A DNA stretch of 64,000 nt from Eledone cirrhosa (lineage: Eukaryota). The DNA is taken from assembly GCA_964016885.1 (NCBI GenBank), contig OZ024745.1, positions 2,480,001-2,544,000 of the forward strand, read 5' to 3'. The position numbers and the translations under genes were made by a program. Under the pieces are notes generated by a model. That model was not told the DNA's origin. It searched no databases and saw nothing but the letters and a program-made list of their open reading frames with translations. Below, in pieces: positions 43,501 through 58,500 of the stretch (the stretch's first letter is position 1; the number at the start of each line of letters is the position of its first letter).

Positions 43501-46500
43501 AGGAGAGGGCTCTACCTCTACATATTAGGAGAGGGGTCTACCTCTACATATTAGGAGAGGGCTCTACATATTAGAAGAGGGCTCTACATATTAGGAGAGG
43601 GCTCTACCTCTACATATTAGGAGAGGTTTCTACCTCTACATATTAGGAGTGGGCGCTACCTCTGCATATTAGGAGTGGTCTCTACCTCTACATATTAGGA
43701 GAGGGTTCTACCTCTACATATTAGGAGAGGGCTCTACCTCTACATATTAGGAGAGGGCTCTACCTCTACATATTATGAGAGGGCTCTACATATTAGGAGA
43801 GGACTCTACCTCTACATATTAGGAGAGGGCTCTACCTCTATAAGGAGAAGGCTCTACCTCTACATATTAGGAGAGGGTTCTACCTCTACATATTAGGAAA
43901 AAGGCTCTACATATTAGGAGAGGGCTCTACCTCTACATATTAGGAGAGGGCTCTACATATTAGGAGATGGCTCTACCTCTACATATTAGGAGAGGGCTCT
44001 ACCTCTACATATTAGGAGAGGGCGCTACCTCTACATATTATAGGAGAGCTCTCTACCTCTACATATCATGAGAGGGTTCTACATCTACATATTAGGAGTG
44101 GGCTCTACATATTAGGAGAGGGCTCTACCTCTACATATTAGGAGAAGACTCTACCTCTACATATTAGTAGGGGGCTCTACATATTAAGCGAGGGCTCTAC
44201 ATATTAGGAGAGGGCTCTATATATTAAAAGAGGTCTCTACATATTAGGAGAGGTCTCTACCACTACATATTAGGAGAGAGCTCTACCTCTACATATTAGG
44301 AGAGGGCTCCACATATTAGGAGAGGGCTCTACCTCTACATATTAGGAGAGAGTCCTACCTCTACATATTAGGAGAGGGCTCTACCTCTACATATTAGGAG
44401 AGGGCTCTACATATTAGGAGAGGGCTCTACCTCTACATATTAGGAGAAGGCTCTACCTCTACATATTAGGAGATGGCTCTACATATTAGGAGAGAGTTCT
44501 ACCTCTACGTATTAGGAGAGAGTCCTACCTCTACATATTAGGAGAGGGCTCTACCTCTACATATTAGGAGAGGGCTCTACCTCTACATATTAGGAGAGGG
44601 GTCTACCTCTACATATTAGGAGAGGGCTCTACCTCTACATATTAGGAGAGGTTTCTACCTCTACATATTAGGAGTGGGCGCTACCTCTGCATATTAGGAG
44701 TGGTCTCTACCTCTACATATTAGGAGAGGGTTCTACCTCTACATATTAGGAGAGGGCTCTACCTCTACATATTAGGAGAGGGCTCTACCTCTACATATTA
44801 TGAGAGGGCTCTACATATTAGGAGAGGACTCTACCTCTACATATTAGGAGAGGGCTCTACCTCTATAAGGAGAAGGCTCTACCTCTACATATTAGGAGAG
44901 GGTTCTACCTCTACATATTAGGAAAAAGGCTCTACATATTAGGAGAGGGCTCTACCTCTACATATTAGGAGAGGGCTCTACATATTAGGAGAGGGCTCTA
45001 CCTCTACATATTAGGAGAGGTTTCTACCTCTACATATTAGGAGAGGGCTCTACCTCTACATATTATGAGAGGGCTCTGCATATTAGGAGAGGACTCTACC
45101 TCTACATATTAGGAGAGGGCTCTACCTCTATAAGGAGAAGGCTCTACCTCTACATATTAGGAGAGGGTTCTACCTCTACATATTAGGAAAAAGGCTCTAC
45201 ATATTAGGAGAGGGCTCTACCTCTACATATTAGGAGAGGGCTCTACATATTAGGAGAGGGCTCTACCTTTACATATTAGGAGAGGGCTCTACCTCTACAT
45301 ATTAGGAGAGGGCTCTACCTCTACATATTAGGAGAGGTCTCTACCTTTACATATTATGAGAGGGTGCTACATCTACATATTAGGAGAGGGCTCTACCTCT
45401 ACATATTAGGAGAGGGCTCTACATATTAGGAGAGTGTTCTACCACTACATATTAGGAGAGGGCTCTACCTCTACATATTAGGAGAGGTCTCTACCTCTAC
45501 ATATTAGGAGAGGTCTCTACCACTACATATTAGGATTGGTCTCTACCACTACATATTAGGAGAGGGCTCTACCTCTACATATTAGGAGGGGGCTCTACCT
45601 CTACATATTAGGCGAGGGCTCTACATATTAGGAGAGTGTTCTACCACTACATATTAGGAGAGGGCTCTACCTCTACATATTAGGAGAGGGCTCTACCTCT
45701 ACATATTAGGAGAGGTCTCTACCACTACATATTAGGATTGGTCTCTACCACTACATATTAGGAGAGGGCTCTACCTCTACATATTAGGAGGGGGCTCTAC
45801 CTCTACATATTAGGCGAGGGCTCTACATATTAGGAGAGTGTTCTACCACTACATATTAGGAGAGGGCTCTACCTCTACATATTAGGAGAGGGCTCTACCT
45901 CTACATATTAGGAGAGGTCTCTACCACTACATATTAGGATTGGTCTCTACCACTACATATTAGGAGAGGGCTCTACCTCTACATATTAGGAGGGGGCTCT
46001 ACCTCTACATATTAGGCGAGGGCTCTACATATTAGGAGAGTGTTCTACCACTACATATTAGGAGAGGTCTCTACCTCTACATATTAGGAGAAGGCTCTAC
46101 TTCTACATATTAGGAGAATGCTCTACATATTAGGAGAGGGTTCTACCTCTACATATTAGGAGAAGGCTCTACCTCTACATATTAGGAGAGGCTTCTACCT
46201 CTACATATTAGGCGAGGGCTCTACATATTGGGAGAGGGCTCTACATATTAGGAGAGGGCTCTACCTCTACATAGTAGGAGAGTGCTCTACCTCTACATAT
46301 TAGGAGAGGGCTCTACCTCTACTTGTTAGGAGAGGGCTCTACATCTACATATTAGGAGAGGGCTCTACCTCTACATATTAGGAGAGGGCTCTATATATTA
46401 GGAGAGGGCTCTACATATTAGGAGAGGGTTCTACCTCTACATAGTAGGAGAGGGCTCTACATCTACATATTAGGATAGGGCTCTACCTCTACATGTTAGG

Positions 46501-49500
46501 AGAGGTCTCTACCACTGCATATTCAGAGAGGTCTCTACCACTACTTATTAGGGGAGCGCTCTACATATTAGGAGAGGGCTCTCCCTCTACATATTAGTAG
46601 AGGGCTCTACTCTACATATTAGGAGAGGGCTCTACCTCTACATATTAGACGAGGGCTCTACATATTAGAAGAGTGTTCTACATCTACATATTAGAAGAGG
46701 GCTCTACATATTAGGAGAGGGCTCTACCTCTACATATTAGGAGAGGGCTCTACCTCTACATATTAGGAAAAGGCTCTACATATTAGGAGAGGGCTCTACC
46801 TCGACATATTAGGAGAAGGCTCTACCTCTACATATTAGGAGAAGGCTCTACATATTAGGAGAAGGCTCTACCTATACATATTAGGAGAGGGCTCTACCTC
46901 TACATATTATGAGAGGGCTCTACTATATTAAGCGAGGGCTCTACATATTAGGAGAGGGCTCTACATATTAGGAGAGGTCTGTACCACTACATATTAGGAG
47001 AAGGCTCTACCTCTGCATATTAGGAGAGGGCTCTACATATTAGGAGAGGGTTCTACCTCTACATATTAGGAGAGGGCTCTACCTCTACATATTACGAGAT
47101 GGTTCTACCTCTACATATTAGGAGAGGGCTCTACATCTACATATTAGGAGAGGGCTCTACCTCTACATATTAGGAGAGGTTTCTACCTCTACATATTACG
47201 AGAGGGCTCTACCTCTACATATTAGGAGAGGTCTCTACCTCTACATATTAGGAGAAGGCTCTACCTCTGCATATTAGGAGAGGGCTCTACATATTAGGAG
47301 AGGGTTCTACCTCTACATATTAGGAGAGGGTCCTACCTCTACATATTAGGAGAGGGCTCAACCTCTACATATTAGGAGAGGGCTCTACCTCTACATATTA
47401 GGAGAGGTTTCTACCACTACATATTAGGAGAGGGCTCTATCTCTACATATTAGGAGAGATTTCTACCTCTACATATTAGGAGAGGGCTCTACCTCTATAT
47501 ATTAGGAGAGGGCTCTACCTCTACATATTATGAGAGGGCTCTACATATTAGGAGAGGGCTTTACATCTACATATTAGGAGAGGGCTCTACCTCTATATAT
47601 TAGGAGAAGGCTCTACCTCTACATATTATGAGAGGTTATACATCTACATATTAGGAGAGTGCTCTACATATTAGGAGAGGGTTCTACCTCTACATATTGG
47701 GAAAGGGCTCTACATATTAGGAGAGGGCTCTACCTCTACATATTAGGAGAGGGCTCTACATATTAGGAGATGGCTCTACCTCTACATATTAGGAGAGGGC
47801 TCTACCTCTACATATTAGGAGAGGGCTCTACCTCTACATATTATAGGAGAGGTCTCTACCTCTACATATCATGAGAGGGTTCTACATCTACATATTAGGA
47901 GTGGGCTCTACATATTAGGAGAGGGCTCTACCTCTACATATTAGGAGAAGACTCTACCTCTACATATTAGTAGGGGGCTCTACATATTAAGCGAGGGCTC
48001 TACATATTAGGAGAGGGCTCTATATATTAAAAGAGGTCTCTACATATTAGGAGAGGTCTCTACCACTACATATTAGGAGAGAGCTCTACCTCTACATATT
48101 AGGAGAGGGCTCCACATATTAGGAGAGGGCTCTACCTCTACATATTAGGAGAGAGTCCTACCTCTACATATTAGGAGAGGGCTCTACCTCTACATATTAG
48201 GAGAGGGCTCTACCTCTACATATTAGGAGAGGGGTCTACCTCTACATATTAGGAGAGGGCTCTACATATTACGAGAGGGCTCTACCTCTGTATATTAGGA
48301 GAGGGCTCTACCTCTACATATTATGAGAGGGCTCTACGTATTAGGAGAGGGCTCTACATATTAGGAGAGGGCTCTACCTCTACGTATTAGGAGAGGTTTC
48401 TACCTCAACATATTAGGAGTGGGCGCTACCTCTACATATTAGGAGAGGGCTCTACCTCTACATATAAGGAGAGGGTTCTACCTCTACATATTAGGAGAGG
48501 GCTCTACCTCTACATAATAGGAGAGGGCTCTACCTCTACATATTATGAGAGGGCTCGACATATTAGGAGAGGACTCTACCTCTACATATTAGGAGAGGGC
48601 TCTACCTCTATAAGGAGAAGGCTCTACCTCTACATATTAGGAGAGGGTTCTACCTCTACATATTAGGAAAAAGGCTCTACATATTAGGAGAGGGCTCTAC
48701 CTCTACATATTAGGAGAGGGCTCTACATATTAGGAGAGGGCTCTACCTTTACATATTAGGAGAGGGCTCTACCTCTACATATTAGGAGAGGGCTCTACAT
48801 ATTAGGAGAGGGCTCTATCTCTACATATTAGGAGAAGACTCTACCTCTACATATTAGGAGAAGGCTCTACCTCTACATATTAGGAGGGGGCTCTACATAT
48901 TAAGCGAAGGCTCTACATATTAGGAGAGGGCTCTACATATTAGGAGAGGTCTCTACCTCTACATATTAGGAGAGGGCTCTACATATTAGGCTCTACCTCT
49001 ACATATTAGGAGAAGGCTCTACATATTAGGAGAGGGTTCTACATATTAGGAGAGGGTTCTACCTCTACATATTAGGAGGGGGCTCTACATATTAGGCTCT
49101 ACCTCTACATATTAGGAGAAGGCTCTACATATTAGGAGAGGGTTCTACATATTAGGAGAGGGTTCTACCTCTACATATTAGGAGAGGTCTCTACCTTTAC
49201 ATATTAGGAGAGGGTTCTTCCTCTACATATTAGGAGAGGGCTCTACCTCTATATATTAGGAGAGGGTTCTACCTCTACATATTAGGAGGGGGCTCTACAT
49301 ATAAGGAGAGGGTCCTACCTCTATATATTAGGAGAGGGCTCTACCTCTACATATTATGAGAGGGCTCTACATATTAGGAGAGGGCTCTACCTCTACATAT
49401 TAGGAGAGGGCTCTACATACTAGGAGAGGGCTCTACCTCTACATATTAGGAAAGGGCTCTACATATTAGGAGAGGGTTCTACCTCTATATATTAGGAGAA

Positions 49501-52500
49501 GGCTCTACCGCTACATATTATGAGAGGTTCTACATCTACATATTAGGAGAGGGCTCTACATATTAGGAGAGGGCTCTACCACTACATATTAGGAGAGGTC
49601 TCTACCTCTACATATTAGGAGAGGGTTCTACCTCTACATATTAGGCGAGGGCTCTACATATTAGGAGAGGGCTCTACATATTAGGAGAGGGTTCTACCTC
49701 TACATAGTAGGAGAGGGCTCTACCTCTACATATTAGGAGAGGGCTCTACCTCTACATATTAGGAGAGGTCTCTACCACTACATATTAGGATTGGTCTCTA
49801 CCACTACATATTAGGAGGGGGCTCTACCTCTACATATTAGGCGAGGGCTCTACATATTAGGAGAGTGTTCTACCTCTACATATTAGGAGAGGGCTCTTCA
49901 TATTAGGAGAGGGCTCTACCTCTATATATTAGGAGAGGGTTCTACCTCTACATATTAGGAGGGGGCTCTACATATTAGGAGAGGGTCCTACCTCTACATA
50001 TTATAGGAGAGGTCTCTACCTCTACATATCATGAGAGGGTTCTACATCTACATATTAGGAGTGGGCTCTACATATTAGGAGAGGGCTCTACCTCTACATA
50101 TTAGGAGAAGACTCTACCTCTACATATTAGTAGGGGGCTCTACATATTAAGCGAGGGCTCTACATATTAGGAGAGGGCTCTATATATTAAAAGAGGTCTC
50201 TACATATTAGGAGAGGTCTCTACCACTACATATTAGGAGAGAGCTCTACCTCTACATATTAGGAGAGGGCTCTACCTCTACATATTAGGAGAGAGTCCTA
50301 CCTCTACATATTAGGAGAGGGCTCTACCTCTACATATTAGGAGAGGGCTCTACCTCTACATATTAGGAGAGGGGTCTACCTCTACATATTAGGAGAGGGC
50401 TCTACATATTACGAGAGGGCTCTACCTCTGTATATTAGGAGAGGGCTCTACCTCTACATATTATGAGAGGGCTCTACGTATTAGGAGAGGGCTCTACATA
50501 TTAGGAGAGGGCTCTACCTCTACATATTAGGAGAGGTTTCTACCTCTACATATTAGGAGTGGGCGCTACCTCTACATATTAGGAGTGGTCTCTACCTCTA
50601 CATATAAGGAGAGGGTTCTACCTCTACATATTAGGAGAGGGCTCTACCTCTACATATTAGGAGAGGGCTCTACCTCTACATATTATGAGAGGGCTCGACA
50701 TATTAGGAGAGGACTCTACCTCTACATATTAGGAGAGGGCTCTACCTCTACATATTAGGAGAGGGTTCTACCTCTACATATTAGGAAAAAGGCTCTACAT
50801 ATTAGGAGAGGGCTCTACCTCTACATATTAGGAGAGGGCTCTACATATTAGGAGAGGGCTCTACCTTTACATATTAGGAGAGGGCTCTACCTCTACATAT
50901 TAGGAGAGGGCTCTACCTCTACATATTAGGAGAGGTCTCTACCTTTACATATTATGAGAGGGTGCTACATCTACATATTAGGAGAGGGCTCTACCTCTAC
51001 ATATTAGGAGAGGGCTCTACATATTAGGAGAGGGCTCTATCTCTACATATTAGGAGAAGACTCTACCTCTACATATTAGGAGAAGGCTCTACCTCTACAT
51101 ATTAGGAGAGGAATCTACCTCTACATATTAGGAGGGGGCTCTACATATTAAGCGAAGGCTCTACATATTAGGAGAGGGCTCTACATATTAGGAGAGGTCT
51201 CTACCTCTACATATTAGGAGAGGGCTCTACATATTAGGCTCTACCTCTACATATTAGGAGAAGGCTCTACATATTAGGAGAGGGTTCTACATATTAGGAG
51301 AGGGTTCTACCTCTACATATTAGGAGAGGGCTCTACCTCTACATATTAGGAGAAGGCTCTCCATATTAGGAGAGGGTTCTACCTCTACATATTAGGAGAG
51401 GGCTCTACCTCTAAATATTAGGAGAGGTCTCTACCTCTACATATTAGGAGAAGGTTCTTCCTCTACATATTAGGAGAGGGCTCTACCTCTATATATTAGG
51501 AGAGGGTTCTACCTCTACATATTAGGAGGGGGCTCTACATATAAGGAGAGGGTCCTACCTCTATATATTAGGAGAGGGCTCTACCTCTACATATTATGAG
51601 AGGGCTCTACATATTAGGAGAGGGCTCTACCTCTACATATTAGGAGAGGGCTCTACATATTAGGAGAGGGCTCTACCTCTACATATTAGGAGAGGGCTCT
51701 ACATATTAGGAGAGGGCTCTACCTCTACATATTAGGAGAGGGCTCTACATATTAGGAGAAGGCTCTACCGCTACATATTAGGAAAAGGCTCTACATATTA
51801 GGAGAGGGCTCTACCTCGACATATTAGGAGAAGGCTCTACCTCTACATATTAGGAGAAGGCTCTACATATTAGGAGAAGGCTCTACCTCTACATATTAGG
51901 AGAGGGCTCTACCTCTACATATTATGAGAGGGCTCTACTATATTAAGCGAGGGCTCTACATATTAGGAGAGAGCTCTACATATTAGGAGAGGTCTGTACC
52001 ACTACATATTAGGAGAAGGCTCTACCTCTGCATATTAGGAGAGGGCTCTACATATTAGGAGAGGGTTCTACCTCTACATATTAGGAGAGGGCTCTACCTC
52101 TACATATTAGGAGAGGGTTCTACCTCTACATATTAGAAGAGGGTTCTACCTCTACATATTAGGAGAGGGCTCTACCTCTACATATTAGGAGAGGGCTCTA
52201 CCTCTACATATTAGGAGAGGTTTCTACCTCTACATATTAGGAGAGGGCTCTACCTCTACATATTAGGAGAGGTCTCTACCTCTACATATTAGGAGAAGGC
52301 TCTACCTCTGCATATTAGGAGAGGGCTCTACATATTATGAGAGGGTTCTACCTCTACATATTAGGAGAGGGCTCTACCTCTACATATTAGGAGAGGGTTC
52401 TACCTCTACATATTAGGAGATGGCTCAACCTCTAAATATTAGGAGAGGGCTCTACCTCTACATATTAGGAGAGGGCTCTACCACTACATATTAGGAGAGG

Positions 52501-55500
52501 GCTCTACCACTACATATTAGGAGAGGGCTCTACCTCTACATATTAGGAGAGATTTCTACCTCTACATATTAGGAGAGGGCTCTACCTCTATATATTAGGA
52601 GAGGGTTCTACCTGTACATATTATGAGAGGGCTCTACATATTAGGAGAGGGCTTTACCTCTACATATTAGGAGAGGGCTCTACCTCTATATATTAGGAGA
52701 AGGCTCTACCTCTACATATTATGAGAGGTTATACATCTACATATTAGGAGAGGGCTCTACATATTAGGAGAGGGTTCTACCTCTACATATTAGGAAAGGG
52801 CTCTACATATTAGGAGAGGGCTCTACCTCTACATATTAGGAGAGGGCTCTACCTCTACATATTAGGAGAGGGCTCTACCTCTACATATTATAGGAGAGGT
52901 CTCTACCTCTACATATCATGAGAGGGTTCTACATCTACATATTAGGAGTGGGCTCTACATATTAGGAGAGGGCTCTACCTCTACATATTAGGAGAAGACT
53001 CTACCTCTACATATTAGTAGGGGGCTCTACATATTAAGCGAGGGCTCTACATATTAGGAGAGGGCTCTATATATTAAAAGAGGTCCCTACATATTAGGAG
53101 AGGTCTCTACCACTACATATTAGGAGAGAGCTCTACCTCTACATATTAGGAGAGGGCTCCACATATTAGGAGAGGGCTCTACCTCTAATTATTAGGAGAG
53201 AGTCCTACCTCTACATATTAGGAGAGGGCTCTACCTCTACATATTAGGAGAGGGCTCTACCTCTACATATTAGGAGAAGGCTCTACCTCTACATATTAGG
53301 AGATGGCTCTACATATTAGGAGAGAGTTCTACCTCTACGTATTAGGAGAGAGTCCTACCTCTACATATTAGGAGAGGGCTCTACCTCTACATATTAGGAG
53401 AGGGCTCTACCTCTACATATTAGGAGAGGGGTCTACCTCTACATATTAGGAGAGGGCTCTACATATTAGGAGAGGGCTCTACATATTAGGAGAGGGCTCT
53501 ACCTCTACATATTAGGAGAGGTTTCTACCTCTACATATTAGGAGTGGGCGCTACCTCTGCATATTAGGAGTGGTCTCTACCTCTACATATTAGGAGAGGG
53601 TTCTACCTCTACATATTAGGAGAGGGCTCTACCTCTACATATTAGGAGAGGGCTCTACCTCTACATATTATGAGAGGGCTCTACATATTAGGAGAGGACT
53701 CTACCTCTACATATTAGGAGAGGGCTCTACCTCTATAAGGAGAAGGCTCTACCTCTACATATTAGGAGAGGGTTCTACCTCTACATATTAGGAAAAAGGC
53801 TCTACATATTAGGAGAGGGCTCTACCTCTACATATTAGGAGAGGGCTCTACATATTAGGATATGGCTCTACCTCTACATATTAGGAGAGGGCTCTACCTC
53901 TACATATTAGGAGAGGGCTCTACCTCTACATATTATAGGAGAGGTCTCTACCTCTACATATCATGAGAGGGTTCTACATCTACATATTAGGAGTGGGCTC
54001 TACATATTAGGAGAGGGCTCTACCTCTACATATTAGGAGAAGACTCTACCTCTACATATTAGTAGGGGGCTCTACATATTAAGCGAGGGCTCTACATATT
54101 AGGAGAGGGCTCTATATATTAAAAGAGGTCTCTACATATTAGGAGAGGTCTCTACCACTACATATTAGGAGAGAGCTCTACCTCTACATATTAGGAGAGG
54201 GCTCCACATATTAGGAGAGGGCTCTACCTCTACATATTAGGAGAGAGTCCTACCTCTACATATTAGGAGAGGGCTCTACCTCTACATATTAGGAGAGGGC
54301 TCTACATATTAGGAGAGGGCTCTACCTCTACATATTAGGAGAAGGCTCTACCTCTACATATTAGGAGGGGGCTCTACATATAAGGAGAGGGTCCTACCTC
54401 TATATATTAGGAGAGGGCTCTACCTCTACATATTAGAAGATGGTTCTACCTCTACATATTAGGAGAGGGCTCTACCTCTACATATTAGGAGAGGGCTCTA
54501 CCTCTACATATTAGGAGAGGTTTCTACCTCTACATATTAGGAGAGGGCTCTACCTCTACATATTAGGAGAGGTCTCTACCTCTACATATTAGGAGAAGGC
54601 TCTACCTCTGCATATTAGGAGAGGGCTCTACATATTAGGAGAGGGTTCTACCTCTACATATTATGAGAGGGCTCTACCTCTACATATTAGGAGAGGGTTC
54701 TACCTCTACATATTAGGAGAGGGCTCAACCTCTACATATTAGGAGAGGGCTCTACCTCTACATATTAGGAGAGGGCTCTACCACTACATATTAGGAGAGG
54801 GCTCTACCACTACATATTAGGAGAGGGCTCTACCTCTACATATTAGGAGAGATTTCTACCTCTACATATTAGGAGAGGGTTCTACCTCTATATATTAGGA
54901 GAGGGTTCTACCTGTACATATTATGAGAGGGCTCTACATATTAGGAGAGGGCTTTACCTCTACATATTAGGAGAGGGCTCTACCTCTATATATTAGGAGG
55001 AGGCTCTACCTCTACATATTATGAGAGGTTATACATCTACATATTAGGAGAGGGCTCTACATATTAGGAGAGGGTTCTACCTCTACATATTAGGAAAGGG
55101 CTCTGCATATTAGGAGAGGGCTCTACCTCTACATATTAGGAGAGGGCTCTACATATTAGGAGATGGCTCTACCTCTGCATATTAGGAGAGGGCTCTACCT
55201 CTACATATTAGGAGAGGGCTATACATATTAGGAGAGGGCTCTACCTCTACATATTAGGATAAGAATCTACCTCTACATATTAGTAGGGAGCTCTACATAT
55301 TAAGCGAGGGCTCTACATGTTAGGAGAGGGCTCTACATATTAGGAGAGGTCTCTACCTCTACATATTAGGAGAGGGCTCTACCTCTATATATTAGGAGAG
55401 GGTTCTACCTCTACATATTAGGAGAGGGCTCTACATATTAGGAGAGGTCTCTACCTTTACATATTAGGAGAAGGATCTACCTCTACATATTAGGGGAAGG

Positions 55501-58500
55501 CTCTACATATTAGGAGAGGGTTCTACCTCTACATATTAGGAGAGGGTCCTACCTCTACATATTAGGAGAGGGCTCTACCTCTACATATTAGGAGAGGGCT
55601 CTACCTCTACATATTAGGAGAGGGGTCTACCTCTACATATTAGGAGAGGGCTCTACATGTTACGAGAGGGCTCTACCTCTACATATTAGGAGAGGGCTCT
55701 ACCTCTACATATTATGAGAGGGCTCTACATATTAGGAGAGGTCTCTACATATTAGGAGAGGGCCCTACCTCTACATATTAGGAGAGGTTTCTACCTCTAC
55801 ATATTAGGAGAGGTCTCTACCTCTACATATTAGGAGAGGGTTCTACCTCTACATATTAGGAGAGGGCTCTACCTCTACATATTAGGAGAGGGCTCTACCT
55901 CTACATATTAGGAGAGGTTTCTACCTCTACATATTAGGAGAGGGCTCTACCTCTACATATTATGAGAGGGCTCTACATATTAGGAGAGCGCTCTACCTCT
56001 ACATATTAGGAGAGGGCTCTACCTCTATAAGGAGAAGGCTCTACCTCTACATATTATGAGAGGGCTCTACATATTAGGAGAGGGTTCTACCTCTACATAT
56101 TAGGAAAGGGCTCTACATATTAGGAGAGGGCTCTACCTCTACATATTAGGAGAGGGATCTACATATTATGAGAGGGCTCTACATATTAGGAGAGCGCTCT
56201 ACCTCTACATATTAGGAGAGGGCTCTACCTCTATAAGGAGAAGGCTCTACCTCTACATATTATGAGAGGGCTCTACCTCTACATATTAGGAGAAGGCTCT
56301 ACATATTAGGAGAAGGCTCTACCTCTACATATTAGGAGAGGGTTCTACCTCTACATATTAGGAGCGGGCTCTACATATTAAGCGACGGCTCTACATATTA
56401 GGAGAGTGCTCTACATATTAGGAGAGGTCTCTACCTCTACATATTAGGAGAGGGCTCTACATATTAGTATAGGTCTCTACCACTACATATTAGGAGAGGG
56501 CTCTACCTCTACATATTAGGAGAGGGCTCCACATATTAGGAGAGGTCTCTACCTCTACATATTAGGAGAGGGCTCTACCTCTACATATTAGGAGAGGGCT
56601 CTACCTCTACAAATTAGGAGGGGTCTCTACCTCTACATATTAGGAAAAGGCTCTACCTCTACATATTAGGAGAAGGCTCTACAAATTAGGAGAGGGTTCT
56701 ACCTCTCTATATAACGAGAAGGTTCTACCTCTACATATTAGGAGAGGGGTCTACCTCTACATATCTGGAGAGGGCTCTACATATTACGAGAGGGCTCTAC
56801 CTCTATATATTAGGAGAGGGCTCTACTCTACATATTAGGAGAGGGCTCTACCTCTACATATTAGACGAGGGCTCTACATATTAGGTGAGTGTTCTACCTC
56901 TACATATTAGAAGAGGGCTCTACATATTAGGAGAGGGCTCTACCTCTACATATTAGGAGGGAGAGAGCTCTACATCTACATATTAGGAGAGGTCTCGATC
57001 TCTACATATTAGGACAGGGCTCAACATATTAGGAGAGCGCTCTACCTCTACATATTAGGAGAAGGCTCTACCTCTACATATTAGGAGAAGGCTCTACATA
57101 TTAAGAGAAGTCTCTACATCTACATATTAGGAGAGGGCTCTACCTCTATATATTAGGAGAGGGCTCTACATATTAAGCGAGGGCTCTATATATTAGGAGA
57201 GGGCTCTACATATTAGGAGAGGTCTCTACCACTACATATTAGGAGAGGGCTCTACCTCTACATATTAGGAGAGGTCTCTACCTCTACATATTAGGAGAAG
57301 GCTCTACCTCTACATATTAGGAGAAGGCTCTACAAATTAGGAGAGGGTTCTACCTCACTATATAACGAGAGGGTTCTACCTCTACATATTAGGAGAGGGG
57401 TCTACCTCTACATATCAGGAGAGGGCTCTACATATTACGAGATGGCTCTACCTCTATATATTAGGAGAGGGCTCTACTCTACATATTAGGAGAGGGCTCT
57501 ACCTCTACATATTAGACGAGGGCTCTACATATTAGGTGAGTGTTCAACCTCTACATATTAGGAGAGGGCTCTACATATTAGGAGAGGGCTCTACCTCTAC
57601 ATATTAGGAGAGAGCTCTACCTCTACATATTAGGAGAGGGCTCAACATATTAGGAGAGGGCTCTACCTCTACATATTAGGAGAAGGCTCTACCTCTACAT
57701 ATTAGGAGAAGGCTCTACATATTAGGAGAAGGTTCTACATCTACATATTAGGAGAGGGCTCTACCTCTACATATTAGGAGAGGGCTCTACATATTAAGCG
57801 AGGGCTCTACATATTAGGAGAGGGCTCTACATATTAGGAGAGGTCTCTACCACTACATATTAGGAGAGGGCTCTACCTCTACATATTAGGAGAGGTCTCT
57901 ACCTCTACATATTAGAAGAGGGCTCTACCTCTACATGTTATGAGAGGTCTCGACCTCTACATATTAGGAGAGGGCTCTACCTCTACCTATTAGGAGAGGG
58001 CTCAGCATTATTAGGAGAAGGCTCTACCTCTACATATTAGGAGAAGGCTCTACCTCCACATATTAGGAGAAGGCTCTACATATTAGGAGAAGGCTCTACC
58101 TCTACATGTTAGGAGAGGGCTCTAGATATTAGGAGAGGTCTCTACCACTACATATTAGGAGAGGGCTCTACCTCTACATATTAGGAGAATTCTCTACCTC
58201 TACATATTAGGAGAAGGCTCTACTTCTACATATTAGGAGAATGCTCTACATATTAGGAGAGTGTTCTACCTCTACATATTAGGAGAAAGCTCTACCTCTA
58301 CATATTAGGAGAGGCTTCTACCTCTACATATTAGGCCAGGGCTCTACATATTGGGAGAGGGCTCTACATATTAGGAGAGGACTCTACCTCTACATATTAG
58401 GAGAGGGCTCTACGTCTACATATTAGGAGAGGGCTCTACATCTACATATTAGGAGAGGGCTCTACCTCTACATATTAGGAGAGGGCTCTACATATTAGGA